Origin: Thermoanaerobaculia bacterium
GTDB lineage: Bacteria > Acidobacteriota > Thermoanaerobaculia > Multivoradales > Multivoraceae
Assembly (NCBI GenBank): GCA_963664405.1
Contig: OY761158.1
Coordinates: 4,000,001 to 4,064,000 of the forward strand
Reading direction: 5' to 3'
Length of the DNA stretch: 64,000 nucleotides
Shown: in pieces, positions 29,198 to 39,223 of the stretch
How positions within the stretch are numbered: position 1 is the stretch's first letter
Layout of the letters: each line of letters opens with the position of its first letter
Made by a program: the position numbers and the translations under genes
Notes under the pieces: generated by a model
The model's input: only the letters and a program-made list of their open reading frames with translations
Database searches by the model: none
Told to the model about the DNA's origin: nothing

Positions 29198-29920
29198 GTG
29201 AGTGTCTTTTTGCGATCTTTCGCTCTCCTTGTCGCCTTCTTCGGCGTGGCGCTGACGAGTCTTCTGGCCGCCCAGGCGGTGCCGGATCCGAGTGACGCGA
29301 CATTGTCGTCGGTCGAGCGTTTGCGGGCCCTGGTGGAGCGCATGAAGCTGGAACAGGCGGGCTTTGGCACTCTGCAGGCGAAGTTCGAACAGAGTACAGC
29401 GAGCAACCTCTTGCTCGAGCCTGAGGAGTCGACCGGGACCTTCTTCTACCAAGCACCTGACAAGGTGAGATGGGAATACGACTCCCCGACTTCGAAGGTG
29501 ATAATCATCAATGGTGAGCACCTGCTTACGTGGTACCGGGATCTCGGGCGCGCCGAGCGCGTGCGAGTCGGTCGCTATTCAGATGCGGTCTTCAAGTACC
29601 TGGGCGCCAGCGGCTCGCTCGAGGCGCTGATGGAGTACTTCAGTTTGCGGGTCCGATTTCCGGAGACAGCGAAGGATCCGTATCGCCTGAGCTTGGAGCC
29701 TCGCTTTGCACGGGTCGAGAAGCGACTGCGAGGGATGAGCGTGACGATCGATGGTGGCCTCTTTGTTCCTCTTCGACTTGCTTACGAGGAGCCCAGTGGC
29801 GACTCCACCGAATACCGCTTCTCCGACTTCCAGATCAACGGAATTTTGTCCGCCGATCACTTCGAGCTTAGTGTTCCGCCAGAGGTCGAGCTTCGCGTAA
29901 TAGCCGGCAGGGGCGAGTGA
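29198..29920 (+). CDS. lolA: Outer-membrane lipoprotein carrier, LolA-like
   Basis: Signal peptide; LQAKFEQ...STGTFFYQAPDKVRWEY...IIING. Confidence 0.8.
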   Translation: MSVFLRSFALLVAFFGVALTSLLAAQAVPDPSDATLSSVERLRALVERMKLEQAGFGTLQAKFEQSTASNLLLEPEESTGTFFYQAPDKVRWEYDSPTSKVIIINGEHLLTWYRDLGRAERVRVGRYSDAVFKYLGASGSLEALMEYFSLRVRFPETAKDPYRLSLEPRFARVEKRLRGMSVTIDGGLFVPLRLAYEEPSGDSTEYRFSDFQINGILSADHFELSVPPEVELRVIAGRGE

Positions 29921-29948
29921 CGGGGCCCTACCGAGACCCCGAATCGAA

Positions 29949-31064
29949 TTGAGCTTCCGCGTACTGCACTCCGAGGGGAAGGCTCGTCTCGGCGTTCTTA
30001 GCACCGCCCACGGAGATGTTCCGACGCCGGCCTTCATGCCGGTGGGTACGCGAGGCGCGGTCAAAGGAGTCGGCCCGCACGAGCTCGAGGCGGCGGGTGC
30101 CTCGATCATGCTCGCGAATCTCTACCATCTCTCCCTTCGCCCCGGCATCGAGGTGATCGAGGGAGTGGGGGGGCTTCACTCCTTCTGTGGTTGGCCTGGG
30201 CCGATCCTGACCGATAGCGGCGGCTATCAGGTCTTCAGCCTCTCCGATCAGCGTCGCATAGATGCCGAGGGGGTGACTTTCAGGAGTCACCTGGACGGTT
30301 CCCCTGTGCGCCTGACGCCGGCGACCGTCGTGGACATGCAAGAGCGGATGGGCGTTGATGTCGCGATGGTGCTCGACGAATGCCCGCCCTGGCCGGTGGA
30401 CGAGGAGGAGGCGTCTGCGGCCCTCCGGCGAACGACGAATTGGGCGCGACTGGCGCGAGAGAGCTGGCGCGAAGGTCCAACCGAGCTCTTCGGCATTGTC
30501 CAGGGGAGCTTCTATCCGCGACTGCGCGAGAGCGCGCTGGAGCAGACCGTTGCCCTCGATTTCGCCGGCTACGCCGTGGGCGGCATCAGTGTGGGGGAGG
30601 AGAGAAGCCTCGGGCGGGCTACCGTGGAGCTCGTGGCCCCCCTCCTCCCGGCGGACAAACCGCGTTATCTGATGGGTGTCGGCACTCCGGCGGATCTCGT
30701 GCACGGCATTCGCTGGGGAGTAGATCTCTTCGACTGCGTCATGCCGGCCCGCCATGCGCGTCACGGGGTCCTCTTTACTCGTGAGGGTCTGCTGCGGATC
30801 AAGAACGCAACCTTCAGCACCGACGAACGGCCGATTGACGCGCGCTGCTCGTGCCCGGCTTGTGTGCGGTTGAGCCGGGCCTTTCTTCGCCACCTCATTT
30901 GCAGCGGTGAGATCACGGGTCAGGTGTTAGCGACCCTGCATAACCTGCGCTTCTATCTTGACTTTGTAGCAGATCTCAGACAAGCTCTCGCGTCCGGATC
31001 GTTCGAGGATTCGGCTGCCGAAATCGCCCGCTACTACCTCGAGGCGGAGGCCAAGACCGACTAA
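29949..31064 (+). CDS. tgt: tRNA-guanine transglycosylase
   Basis: TPAFMPVGT, LTDSGGYQVFS, PRYLMGVG and CSCPAC...H zinc site. Confidence 0.95.
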   Translation: MSFRVLHSEGKARLGVLSTAHGDVPTPAFMPVGTRGAVKGVGPHELEAAGASIMLANLYHLSLRPGIEVIEGVGGLHSFCGWPGPILTDSGGYQVFSLSDQRRIDAEGVTFRSHLDGSPVRLTPATVVDMQERMGVDVAMVLDECPPWPVDEEEASAALRRTTNWARLARESWREGPTELFGIVQGSFYPRLRESALEQTVALDFAGYAVGGISVGEERSLGRATVELVAPLLPADKPRYLMGVGTPADLVHGIRWGVDLFDCVMPARHARHGVLFTREGLLRIKNATFSTDERPIDARCSCPACVRLSRAFLRHLICSGEITGQVLATLHNLRFYLDFVADLRQALASGSFEDSAAEIARYYLEAEAKTD

Positions 31065-31166
31065 GAGCGGACGAGGTCGGATCCCCCCTCTCAGCGAGTT
31101 CTCCACGAGATGTTGCGTAGGGATGCGGCGTGATCTCGTACTCGGAAAGCGAACTCGGAGTTGCAC

Positions 31167-31496
31167 ATGATGGGTAGCCTAGCCTCGATGTTGGTCGTTA
31201 TGCAGAGCCAAGCCGCGCCGTCGGTGCTCGTCCAGCTCTTTCCAATCATCCTCATCTTCGGCATTTTCTATCTATTGGTGATCGCGCCCTCCCGCAAGCG
31301 CCAGAAGGCCCTGCAGGAGACGATCGACGCGTTGAAGAAGGGGGATCGAGTAATAACTACCGGGGGCATCTATGGAGACGTCGTCTCTGTCGACGGCTCT
31401 GTCGTCATTCTGCGCATCGCTGAGAACGTGCGCGTCAAGTTGGCAAAGTCGGCCATCACCGGGCTCGAGAAGGATGCCGGGAAGGAGAAAGCTTGA
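31167..31496 (+). CDS. yajC: Preprotein translocase subunit YajC
   Basis: TM helix followed by LKKGDRVITTGGIYG. Lies between tgt and secD. Confidence 0.93.
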   Translation: MMGSLASMLVVMQSQAAPSVLVQLFPIILIFGIFYLLVIAPSRKRQKALQETIDALKKGDRVITTGGIYGDVVSVDGSVVILRIAENVRVKLAKSAITGLEKDAGKEKA

Positions 31497-33067
31497 ATCG
31501 CAGCCTCATAGGGCGGGGGATCGTTATCTTGGCGGTCGTCGTGGGCGCGGGCCTGCTGGCCTATCCCCCTAAAGAGAAGATCAATCTGGGTCTCGATCTG
31601 CGCGGCGGCATTCACCTGGTCTTAGAGGTGCAAGCGGAAGACGCACTGCGTGCCGAAACCGAAAAGGACCTCGATACCTTTGTTCGCCAGATCGACGAGG
31701 ACGGCACAGGAGGTGTCAGCGCCACACGGGTCGATGACAACTCCTTCCGTGTGACTGGAGTGGCCCCGGGTCGTGACAATGAGGTTCAGGAAGTGGTCGA
31801 CGACTTCCTTCCTTTCTGGAGCCATCGCCGCGATGGCGAGGCGCTGCTCTTTCAGCGGCGCATCGAGGAAGAGTCCGACATCAAGGAGCAGGCGGTACGA
31901 CAGGCGCTCCAGACAATCCGGAATCGCATCGACGCGTTCGGTGTAACGGAGCCGGTGATTCAGCGCCAGGGCCTAGGCACCAACCGAATCGTGCTGCAAC
32001 TTCCAGGGGTCGACGATCCCGAGCGCGTCAAGGAGCTGATCAAGAACACCGCGTTCCTCGAGTTCCGATTCGTCGACTACCCGTCGCAGGGTGGCGCGGC
32101 GGCTTCCGAGGCCGAGATCTTGGCCCAGTACGGAGGCTCCCTGCCGGAGAACATCGAGATCTTTCCGCAAGATCAGAAGGCGGAGGACGGTAGTGTCATC
32201 GCTACCGGATACCTTGGCTTGGAGCGCCGACAGATCATCACCGGGCGCGACCTCAAGACCGCGCGCTCCGGCCTGGGCCAGTTCAACGAGCCGGTGGTCC
32301 GCTTCTACCTGAGTCAAGAGGGTGGGCGACTTTTCGGTGAGGCGACCGGTGCCAACATCGGTCGCCGGCTTGCCATCGTTCTCGACAGCCGGGTGCAATC
32401 GGCGCCGGTGGTGCAGTCGAGGATCAATGACGAGGGCGTTATCGAGGGCGGGTTCAGTCAGACCGAGGTCGAGGACCTGGTCACAGTGCTCCGCTCCGGC
32501 GCTCTGCCGGCCGGAATCGTATACCTCGAGGAGAGGGCGGTCGGGCCGTCGTTGGGGCAGGACTCGATCGACCAGGGGCTGCGGGCATTTACCGTCGGCG
32601 TCGCTCTGGTGGTTTTGACGATGCTGCTGGTCTATCGGCGGAGCGGAGTCAATGCGATAGTAGCCTTGGCCTTCAATGTAGTTATCGTCTTCGGCATGCT
32701 CTCCTACTTCGGAGCCACGCTCACCCTCCCCGGTATTGCCGGCATCGTCCTGACGATCGGTATGGCGGTCGACGCGAACGTGCTCATCTTCGAGCGCATC
32801 AAGGAAGAGCTTCGTTCGGGCAGGACGGTCAAATCGGCGGTTTCGGCCGGCTTCGCCAAGGCCTGGACCTCGATCTTCGACGCCAACCTTACGACCCTCA
32901 TTGCAGCGCTCTTTCTTTTTCAATTCGGTACCGGGCCGATCCGGGGCTTCGCGGTGACTCTTTCCGTCGGCATTCTCGCGTCGGTTTTCACCGCAGTCTT
33001 CAACAGTCGATGGATCTTCGATCTCCTTCTCTCGCGCAGCGATCGCGTCGAGCGACTGTCGATCTGA
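31493..33067 (+). CDS. secD: Protein translocase subunit SecD
   Basis: LGLDLRGG, RNRIDAFGVTEP, VGPSLG and GMAVDANVLIFERIKEE. Confidence 0.96.
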   Translation: MNRSLIGRGIVILAVVVGAGLLAYPPKEKINLGLDLRGGIHLVLEVQAEDALRAETEKDLDTFVRQIDEDGTGGVSATRVDDNSFRVTGVAPGRDNEVQEVVDDFLPFWSHRRDGEALLFQRRIEEESDIKEQAVRQALQTIRNRIDAFGVTEPVIQRQGLGTNRIVLQLPGVDDPERVKELIKNTAFLEFRFVDYPSQGGAAASEAEILAQYGGSLPENIEIFPQDQKAEDGSVIATGYLGLERRQIITGRDLKTARSGLGQFNEPVVRFYLSQEGGRLFGEATGANIGRRLAIVLDSRVQSAPVVQSRINDEGVIEGGFSQTEVEDLVTVLRSGALPAGIVYLEERAVGPSLGQDSIDQGLRAFTVGVALVVLTMLLVYRRSGVNAIVALAFNVVIVFGMLSYFGATLTLPGIAGIVLTIGMAVDANVLIFERIKEELRSGRTVKSAVSAGFAKAWTSIFDANLTTLIAALFLFQFGTGPIRGFAVTLSVGILASVFTAVFNSRWIFDLLLSRSDRVERLSI

Positions 33068-33079
33068 TTGGGAGTAGCG

Positions 33080-34222
33080 ATGAATTTGTTTCGCGACTCG
33101 AGCATCGACTTCATGAAGTATCGCCGTTTCATGGTGCCGCTGTCGGTGCTGTTGGTGATCGGCTCGATTGCGGCCCTTCTCCTCGGCCGTCTGAATATTG
33201 GGATCGACTTTGCCGGCGGAACCCAGCTGGTGGTCCGCTTCCAGCAGACACCGCAGGTGGACGAGCTTCGTGACCTCCTGGCCAGCAGCGGGATCGACCC
33301 GCAGATCCAACGCTTCGGCCAGGAGATCGACAATGAGGTGATCATCAAGACTCCGCTGGTCGAGGGAGCTGACGAGGGCAGCCGTGAGGCAATAGTTCGA
33401 GTCCTCGATGGCCGGTTCAACAGTGGCGCCAGCGGGCTGGACCTCAACCAGCAGGGTGGCTCGGCGATAGCGAACCTGCTCTTCGAGGCCGATCCTGATG
33501 ACCAGCGGCGACTTGGAGACGAGGCGGAGTCCTACTACGACGGCATCGCTGAGAAGGTCATGGTGGTCCGTCGCCAACATGGCCTGATCTCCGGTTGGGA
33601 GCAGATCGAGGGGCTGGAAGGCGTCAGTGGCGAAGTCGTCGCGTCGCTGAAGGGGCGAGCCCGGCTCGGTGCCTTCGCAGTTTTGAGCGCTGAGAATGTG
33701 GGCCCTCAGATCGGTTCCGAGCTGCGCCAGAAAGGCGTGCTGGCGGTGGTCTTTTCCCTGGTCGGGATGATGGCCTTCATCTGGTACCGCTTCGAGCTAC
33801 GTTTTGGTCTCGGCGCGCTGGTGGCTCTGCTGCACGATGTCATCATCGCGCTGGGCCTCTACACCGTTCTCGGGTACGAGTTCGATCTCACGACCATTGC
33901 CGCTTTTCTGACACTCGTGGGCTACTCCGTGAACGACTCGGTCGTCATCTTCGATCGGGTGCGGGAAAACCTTCGCCGGAGTCGGCGCGACAGCCTGAGC
34001 GAGATCATCAACCGTAGTCTCAACCAGACCTTATCGCGCACGATCCTCACGTCGGGGACGACACTACTGGCGGTGGGAACACTCTTCGCCTTTGGTGGAG
34101 ACGTGTTGAGAGGCTTCTCTTTCGTCCTCACCATCGGGGTTGTCGTTGGTACCTATTCCTCGATCTTCATCGCCAGCCCGGTGATGCTGCTCTGGGAACG
34201 CCTGTCCACTCGACGGCGCTAG
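33080..34222 (+). CDS. secF: Protein translocase subunit SecF
   Basis: GIDFAGG, GYSVNDSVVIFDRVREN and GTYSSIFIA. Confidence 0.96.
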   Translation: MNLFRDSSIDFMKYRRFMVPLSVLLVIGSIAALLLGRLNIGIDFAGGTQLVVRFQQTPQVDELRDLLASSGIDPQIQRFGQEIDNEVIIKTPLVEGADEGSREAIVRVLDGRFNSGASGLDLNQQGGSAIANLLFEADPDDQRRLGDEAESYYDGIAEKVMVVRRQHGLISGWEQIEGLEGVSGEVVASLKGRARLGAFAVLSAENVGPQIGSELRQKGVLAVVFSLVGMMAFIWYRFELRFGLGALVALLHDVIIALGLYTVLGYEFDLTTIAAFLTLVGYSVNDSVVIFDRVRENLRRSRRDSLSEIINRSLNQTLSRTILTSGTTLLAVGTLFAFGGDVLRGFSFVLTIGVVVGTYSSIFIASPVMLLWERLSTRRR

Positions 34223-34396
34223 GAGCGTGTCCGAGAATTCGGACAGGCGAGTAGTTCTCAGGCGGGGATGGGCCGGAAAACGGGCCGGAGGCGCGTTTTC
34301 TGGGGCTAGGAGCGTGTCCGAGAATTCGGACAGGCGAGTAGTTCTCAGGCGGGGATGGGCCGGAAAACGGGCCGGAGGCGCGTTTTCTGGGGCTAG
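34219..34396 (+). repeat. Two head-to-tail copies of the 87-bp family D unit
   Basis: CTAG at 34219, 34306 and 34393 delimits two identical units. The first CTAG contains the secF stop codon. Confidence 0.92.
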
Positions 34397-34495
34397 CGTC
34401 GAGGTTGTCGGTCGCGGGCTCTCGAGAGCTCCGGGGCGCCGGTCTGGCACCTTCCGCTTATAATTCCCTCCCCCCGGAGAGGGGAGCCAGACGAC

Positions 34496-36733
34496 ATGTC
34501 GCCGACGACTTTTTTCAGGGGACGAGTGCAGCCCCCAAGTGTTCCTCGCGGGAATGTGAGCCTCGACGATGTCCTGGCTCGTCTTTCTGAGGACGGTCGC
34601 GACTTCGACGAGGACTGGCTGCGCCGTGTCTTCGACTATGCCGCCAAAGCGCACGAGGGTCAGAAGCGCATGTCGGGCGAGCCCTACGTTTCACATCCTT
34701 TGCACGTGGCGTGGATTCTTGCCGACTTGAAACTCGATCCCACCTGTGTTGCCGTTGCCCTGCTCCACGACGTGCTCGAGGACACCGGCGCGACTCGAGA
34801 GAACCTTGCCGAGGCCTTTGGCAGCGAGCTCGCGGGCATGGTCGATGGCGTCTCCAAGATCGGCCGGCATGAATATGTCCGCCGCGATCAGGCCCAGGCT
34901 GAGACCTTCCGCAAACTGATCCTGGCTTCGGCCCGCGATATTCGGGTGATCCTGGTGAAGCTTGCCGATCGGTTGCACAACATGCAAACCCTCGATCATC
35001 TGGAACCGGATGCGCGGCGGCGCATTGCCCAGGAAACGCTCGAGATCTATGGCCCACTGTCTCATCGTCTCGGTATGTCCAGGGTGAGGACTGAGCTCGA
35101 AGATCTTTCTTTCTACTTTCTCTATCCCCATCAGTACAAGGAGCTGCAGTCTCGGTTGCGAGAGAAGGTCAAACTGGGACGAGGTACCACGAAACGCCTC
35201 AGTGAGCGGTTGAAGGCGGAGCTGGCAGGGGCGGAGGTCGAGGCCGAGATCAGTTCGCGAGCCAAGGGCTACTACTCCATCTACCGAAAGCTACGTGATC
35301 GAAAAATCGACCTCGACCAGCTCTACGACTATCTCGCCTTCCGAATCGTCACCGGCAACGTCCGCGATACCTATGCGGCGCTGGGTGTCGTCCATCAAGC
35401 TTGGCGGCCGATTCCAGGACGCTTCAAGGACTACATCGCTGTTCCGAAGCCCAACCTCTATCAGTCTCTGCACACCACTGTTCTGCAGCAGCGGGGCCAG
35501 CCCTTCGAGGTTCAGATTCGCACTCGAGAGATGGACGTGGTTGCGGAGGAGGGGATCGCAGCGCACTGGCGTTACAAAGAGGGACGAATTACCACCGAGG
35601 CGAATGACTCGAATATTCGCTGGCTGCGTCGGCTGCTCGAGTGGCAGCGTGCGGAGCATGAGCCGCGCGCCTTCATGGAGAATCTGCGGATCGATCTCTA
35701 CCCGGAAGAGGTCTACGTCTTCAGTCCCAAGGGCGACGTCTACTCCTTCCCCAGGGGAGCTACGCCCCTCGATTTTGCGTACAGGGTCCATACCGATCTG
35801 GGTCATCGATGTTCTGGATCGCGAGTCAACGGGCGCCTCGTTCCGTTGCGCACCGCCTTACGCAACGGTGACATCGTCGAGATCCAGACCGATGCCAAGC
35901 GGGGCCCGAGTCGGGATTGGCTGACTATGGTGAAGACTTCGCGGGCGAGGACGAAGATACGCCAGTGGCTCAACACCAGGCAGAAGCTCGAAGCGGTGGA
36001 GATCGGCAGGCGAAGCTTCGAACAAGAGATCAAGAAGCTCAAGCTCTCGCTTCGCTCCGTACTCGCTGCGCCACAGCTCGAGGCCCTGTTGGAGGTGGAG
36101 GGGTTGTCGCGAATCGAGGATCTCTACAGCCGCATCGGCTTCGGCAAGACCTCGGTAAGGCACGTTGCCCGCCGTCTCGCCTCAGGCGTGGCGGTCGACG
36201 ATGAGCGAGAGCCCGGCAGACTCCGGCGAGCCGTCGGTCGCTTGTTCACTTCTGACGATGCGGCCGTTCGCGTTCGTGGCGAGGGAGATCTGTTGGCCAC
36301 GATCGCGCGCTGTTGCAACCCGGTACCGGGGGAGGCCATTGTCGGCTATATCACTCGGGGGCGCGGGATCTCGGTTCACTCGGAAGATTGCTCGAACGTC
36401 AAGAATCTTCTCTATCACCCAGAGCGCGAGATCGATGTCGAGTGGGACGACGAGAAGGGCCGTGTTTACCCCGTTGTTCTGCGGGTCGAGACCGAGGACC
36501 AGACAGGTGCCCTAGCCCGCCTCACCGAGGTCATCGCCAAGAGGGGCAACAACATCCGCAACATCGAGGCCGAGACCACCGGTGGCGATAGCGCCATGGT
36601 CGAGATCGTGGTCGAGGTATCAGACCAGAGCCAGCTGGCCAAGCTCGAGGAGGCCATCCTAGCTCTGCCCCAAGTTGTCGAGGTCGTGCGTCTGCGCGAG
36701 AGCCAGAAGGGCCAAAGCAAGATCGGGGAATAG
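34496..36733 (+). CDS. rel: Bifunctional (p)ppGpp synthetase/hydrolase (long RSH)
   Basis: HDVLED hydrolase site, KLADRLHNM, YQSLHT, EVQIRT, TGS domain, RCCNPVPG and ACT domain. Confidence 0.95.
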   Translation: MSPTTFFRGRVQPPSVPRGNVSLDDVLARLSEDGRDFDEDWLRRVFDYAAKAHEGQKRMSGEPYVSHPLHVAWILADLKLDPTCVAVALLHDVLEDTGATRENLAEAFGSELAGMVDGVSKIGRHEYVRRDQAQAETFRKLILASARDIRVILVKLADRLHNMQTLDHLEPDARRRIAQETLEIYGPLSHRLGMSRVRTELEDLSFYFLYPHQYKELQSRLREKVKLGRGTTKRLSERLKAELAGAEVEAEISSRAKGYYSIYRKLRDRKIDLDQLYDYLAFRIVTGNVRDTYAALGVVHQAWRPIPGRFKDYIAVPKPNLYQSLHTTVLQQRGQPFEVQIRTREMDVVAEEGIAAHWRYKEGRITTEANDSNIRWLRRLLEWQRAEHEPRAFMENLRIDLYPEEVYVFSPKGDVYSFPRGATPLDFAYRVHTDLGHRCSGSRVNGRLVPLRTALRNGDIVEIQTDAKRGPSRDWLTMVKTSRARTKIRQWLNTRQKLEAVEIGRRSFEQEIKKLKLSLRSVLAAPQLEALLEVEGLSRIEDLYSRIGFGKTSVRHVARRLASGVAVDDEREPGRLRRAVGRLFTSDDAAVRVRGEGDLLATIARCCNPVPGEAIVGYITRGRGISVHSEDCSNVKNLLYHPEREIDVEWDDEKGRVYPVVLRVETEDQTGALARLTEVIAKRGNNIRNIEAETTGGDSAMVEIVVEVSDQSQLAKLEEAILALPQVVEVVRLRESQKGQSKIGE

Positions 36734-36821
36734 GGCCCTCCGAACGGGCGCCAGGGAGTCACCGATAGCGGGGGGCTTCCCCATGGGTCAATTTATTGAT
36801 ATATTGATGTCTGTTCATGTG

Positions 36822-36851
36822 TTGACACATCTCTTTCTTTGTTGTTACCCT
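36822..36851 (+). promoter_or_regulatory. Putative sigma-70 promoter of pilMNOPQ
   Basis: TTGACA, 18-nt spacer, then TACCCT with an extended TG, in an AT-rich intergenic region. Confidence 0.5.
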
Positions 36852-36916
36852 CGAGCAATGCTTTAAAGGCTCGTGTGTAACTAGGGATTAGCATGGGGTT
36901 TACGGGGGACTAGCAA

Positions 36917-37978
36917 TTGGCCTTTTTTTCGCGATCGAAAAGCGTAGTTGGTCTGGATATAGGCAGTTTCGCCTTGAAGCTGGTTGAATTGAGTCAGCAC
37001 AAGAGCGGCGAATTCTCGCTGCAGTGCCTCGGAGTCGAACCCCTCTCGCCTGAGGCAATCGTCGATGGATCGATCATGGACTCCTCGCTCGTGGTGGAGG
37101 CCATCGAGAAGCTGAACCAGGAAACTCGGGTCAAGAATTCGAACTTCGCCACCTCGCTCTCGGGCCACTCAGTGATCATCAAGAAGATCGAGCTTCCTCC
37201 GATGAGCCCCGAAGAGTTGGCTGAGTCGATCCAGTGGGAGGCGGAGCAATACATTCCCTTCGACATCAACGATGTGCGCATGGACTACGTTCTCCTTTCG
37301 GAGGACACCACCGGCTCCGATCAGATGGATGTTCTGTTGGTGGCAGTGAAGCGAGACAAGGTCAACGACTACGTCTCGGTGATTGGTCAAGCAGGCCGGA
37401 CGCCGTCGCTGGTTGATGTCGACGTCTTTGCCATCCAGAACGCCTATGAGCTGAACTACGATATCGATCCCACAAAGATCGTGGCGCTGGTCAACATGGG
37501 TGCTGGTGTTACCAACATCAACGTACTGGCCCGTGGACAGACAGTCTTCTGGAGAGACATCGCCTTCGGAGGGAATCAGTTCACCGAGGCGCTTCAGCGG
37601 GAGTTCAACCTCTCCTTCGAGAATGCCGAAGCGCTCAAGCGGGGTCGTGAGGTCGAAGGCTACTCAATCGCCGATGGAGCCTCCGTTCTCGAGTCCGTAG
37701 GGACCGAGTTGGCAGCTGAGATCCAGAAGACCTTCGACTTTTTCTCGACGACTGCAAGCGAAGGGAACGTCGACTCAGTCGTACTGTCAGGAGGCTGCGC
37801 TCTCACGCCAGGGCTGCAGGACACACTCGGAGCCCGGCTTGGCTGCGAACTGGAGGTAATGAACCCTCTGCGCCGAGTGCAGTACCGCGAGAGCGATTTC
37901 AACAAAGAGTGGATCCAGTCGATTGCGCCGATGATGGCGGTCTCGGTTGGACTGGCCCTTCGCCGCCAGGGAGATTGA
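36917..37978 (+). CDS. pilM: Type IV pilus assembly protein PilM
   Basis: VGLDIGS, WEAEQYIPF, FGGNQFT and LSGGCA (actin-like fold). Confidence 0.95.
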   Translation: MAFFSRSKSVVGLDIGSFALKLVELSQHKSGEFSLQCLGVEPLSPEAIVDGSIMDSSLVVEAIEKLNQETRVKNSNFATSLSGHSVIIKKIELPPMSPEELAESIQWEAEQYIPFDINDVRMDYVLLSEDTTGSDQMDVLLVAVKRDKVNDYVSVIGQAGRTPSLVDVDVFAIQNAYELNYDIDPTKIVALVNMGAGVTNINVLARGQTVFWRDIAFGGNQFTEALQREFNLSFENAEALKRGREVEGYSIADGASVLESVGTELAAEIQKTFDFFSTTASEGNVDSVVLSGGCALTPGLQDTLGARLGCELEVMNPLRRVQYRESDFNKEWIQSIAPMMAVSVGLALRRQGD

Positions 37979-37982
37979 GATC

Positions 37983-38612
37983 GTGCTGCGCATCAATCTC
38001 ATTTCAGAAGGCAAGAAGGTCGCTGGTGCGCGGTCCGCGCGCCTGCGCTCGCTCAACCTCGGGCCTGACAACATTGCCGTGTTCGCGCTCGTGGTGGCGT
38101 TCGCAATCGGCGCTCTGGGATACGGCATCTATTGGCTCACCGTGGACCGGCAGCTCGCCAGCCAGCGCGGCGAGATCGCCGATCTCCAAGCAACGGTGAA
38201 AGAGCTCGAGGAGATCATCCGCGAAGTCGAGTACTTCGAGGTCCGGAAGGCTGAGCTCGAGAAAAAGATCGAAGTGATCAGCGGTCTGAGAACCAGTCAA
38301 CGGGGTCCGGTCCGCATCATGGACCAGGTTTCCAAGGCGCTCCCTGAGTTTCTCTGGCTCGACAGCCTGACTATGTCGGCCGCGGCCGTGAGGCTGCAGG
38401 GGAAGGCCTACACCACCAGCTCGGTGGCGAACTTCATAGAGAACTTGGATCTCGTGGAGGAGTTCCAGGAGCCGGTGTTGCGCAACGCCACCTGGCGTTC
38501 AAACGTCTACGACTTCGAGGTGAGCTTCAACTTCACGCCGGTCCCCGTGAATCCGCCAGTAGGCGAGGGGCTTGACGAGCTGGAAGGGGCTGCCCAAGAG
38601 GCGGCTCGTTAG
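37983..38612 (+). CDS. pilN: Type IV pilus assembly protein PilN
   Basis: RINLI motif, one TM segment, coiled coil and PEFLWLDSL. Confidence 0.9.
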   Translation: MLRINLISEGKKVAGARSARLRSLNLGPDNIAVFALVVAFAIGALGYGIYWLTVDRQLASQRGEIADLQATVKELEEIIREVEYFEVRKAELEKKIEVISGLRTSQRGPVRIMDQVSKALPEFLWLDSLTMSAAAVRLQGKAYTTSSVANFIENLDLVEEFQEPVLRNATWRSNVYDFEVSFNFTPVPVNPPVGEGLDELEGAAQEAAR

Positions 38613-38623
38613 GAGGTTGCGAC

Positions 38624-39223
38624 GTGGCTTTCGAGACTGGACTTGAAGGAAAGCCGTGGTGGGCTGGGGCCCTCCTCGGAGTCGCGCTCTCCGTCGCCGG
38701 GGTTCTCCTTGGCTTCCAACTACAGCTCAAGGAGATGCACCTGACTCGCGAGACGCAGGACGGACAGATCGCGCAGCTGCAGGCCAAGATCAGTCGGGGT
38801 CTGGCTGCCAAGGCGAAGCTACCCCAGTTCCGCGAAGACGTCGCACTGCTCGAGGTACAGCTGACGAAGTTGTTGAGAATCCTTCCGCCACGACGGGACG
38901 TGCAGGACGTGCTTCGCCGCTTCCGGGTCCTTGCCGAGCAGGAAGACTTTGTTCTCAGCGAGTTCCGACCGTCAGCGGAGATCGAGAAGGACTTCTTCAA
39001 CGAGTGGCCCATCGCGGTAAAGATCGAAGGGACTTACCACAACCTCGCGCGTTTCTTCGACAGGATGAGTCGGTTCTCGAGGATCTTCAATATCGACAAC
39101 CTTCGCATCCTCGCAAGACCAGATGGTCAGCACACGATCAACGCATCTTTCACCGCGAAGACCTTCGTCTACAAGGATGTCCCGCCGCCAGTGCCACCGA
39201 CAGAAGGTGGGGTTGCGCAGTGA
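38624..39223 (+). CDS. pilO: Type IV pilus assembly protein PilO
   Basis: ILPPRRDV, EWPIAVKIEGTYHNLARFFD and RIFNI. Confidence 0.92.
   Translation: MAFETGLEGKPWWAGALLGVALSVAGVLLGFQLQLKEMHLTRETQDGQIAQLQAKISRGLAAKAKLPQFREDVALLEVQLTKLLRILPPRRDVQDVLRRFRVLAEQEDFVLSEFRPSAEIEKDFFNEWPIAVKIEGTYHNLARFFDRMSRFSRIFNIDNLRILARPDGQHTINASFTAKTFVYKDVPPPVPPTEGGVAQ

Noticed and set aside
31973-33580. 535-aa minus-strand ORF, and similar long antisense ORFs such as 42902-44080 and 3838-4785
   Set aside because: They are antisense shadows of secD/secF, istA and the epimerase, as expected from high-GC codon bias.
34219-34396. Tandem repeat considered as a CRISPR array
   Set aside because: The units are identical 87-mers with no unique spacers, and no cas genes are in the window.
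38656-39219. 378-aa ORF suggesting a long PilP
   Set aside because: The first half overlaps pilO out of frame; PilP begins at GTG 39220 with a signal peptide.
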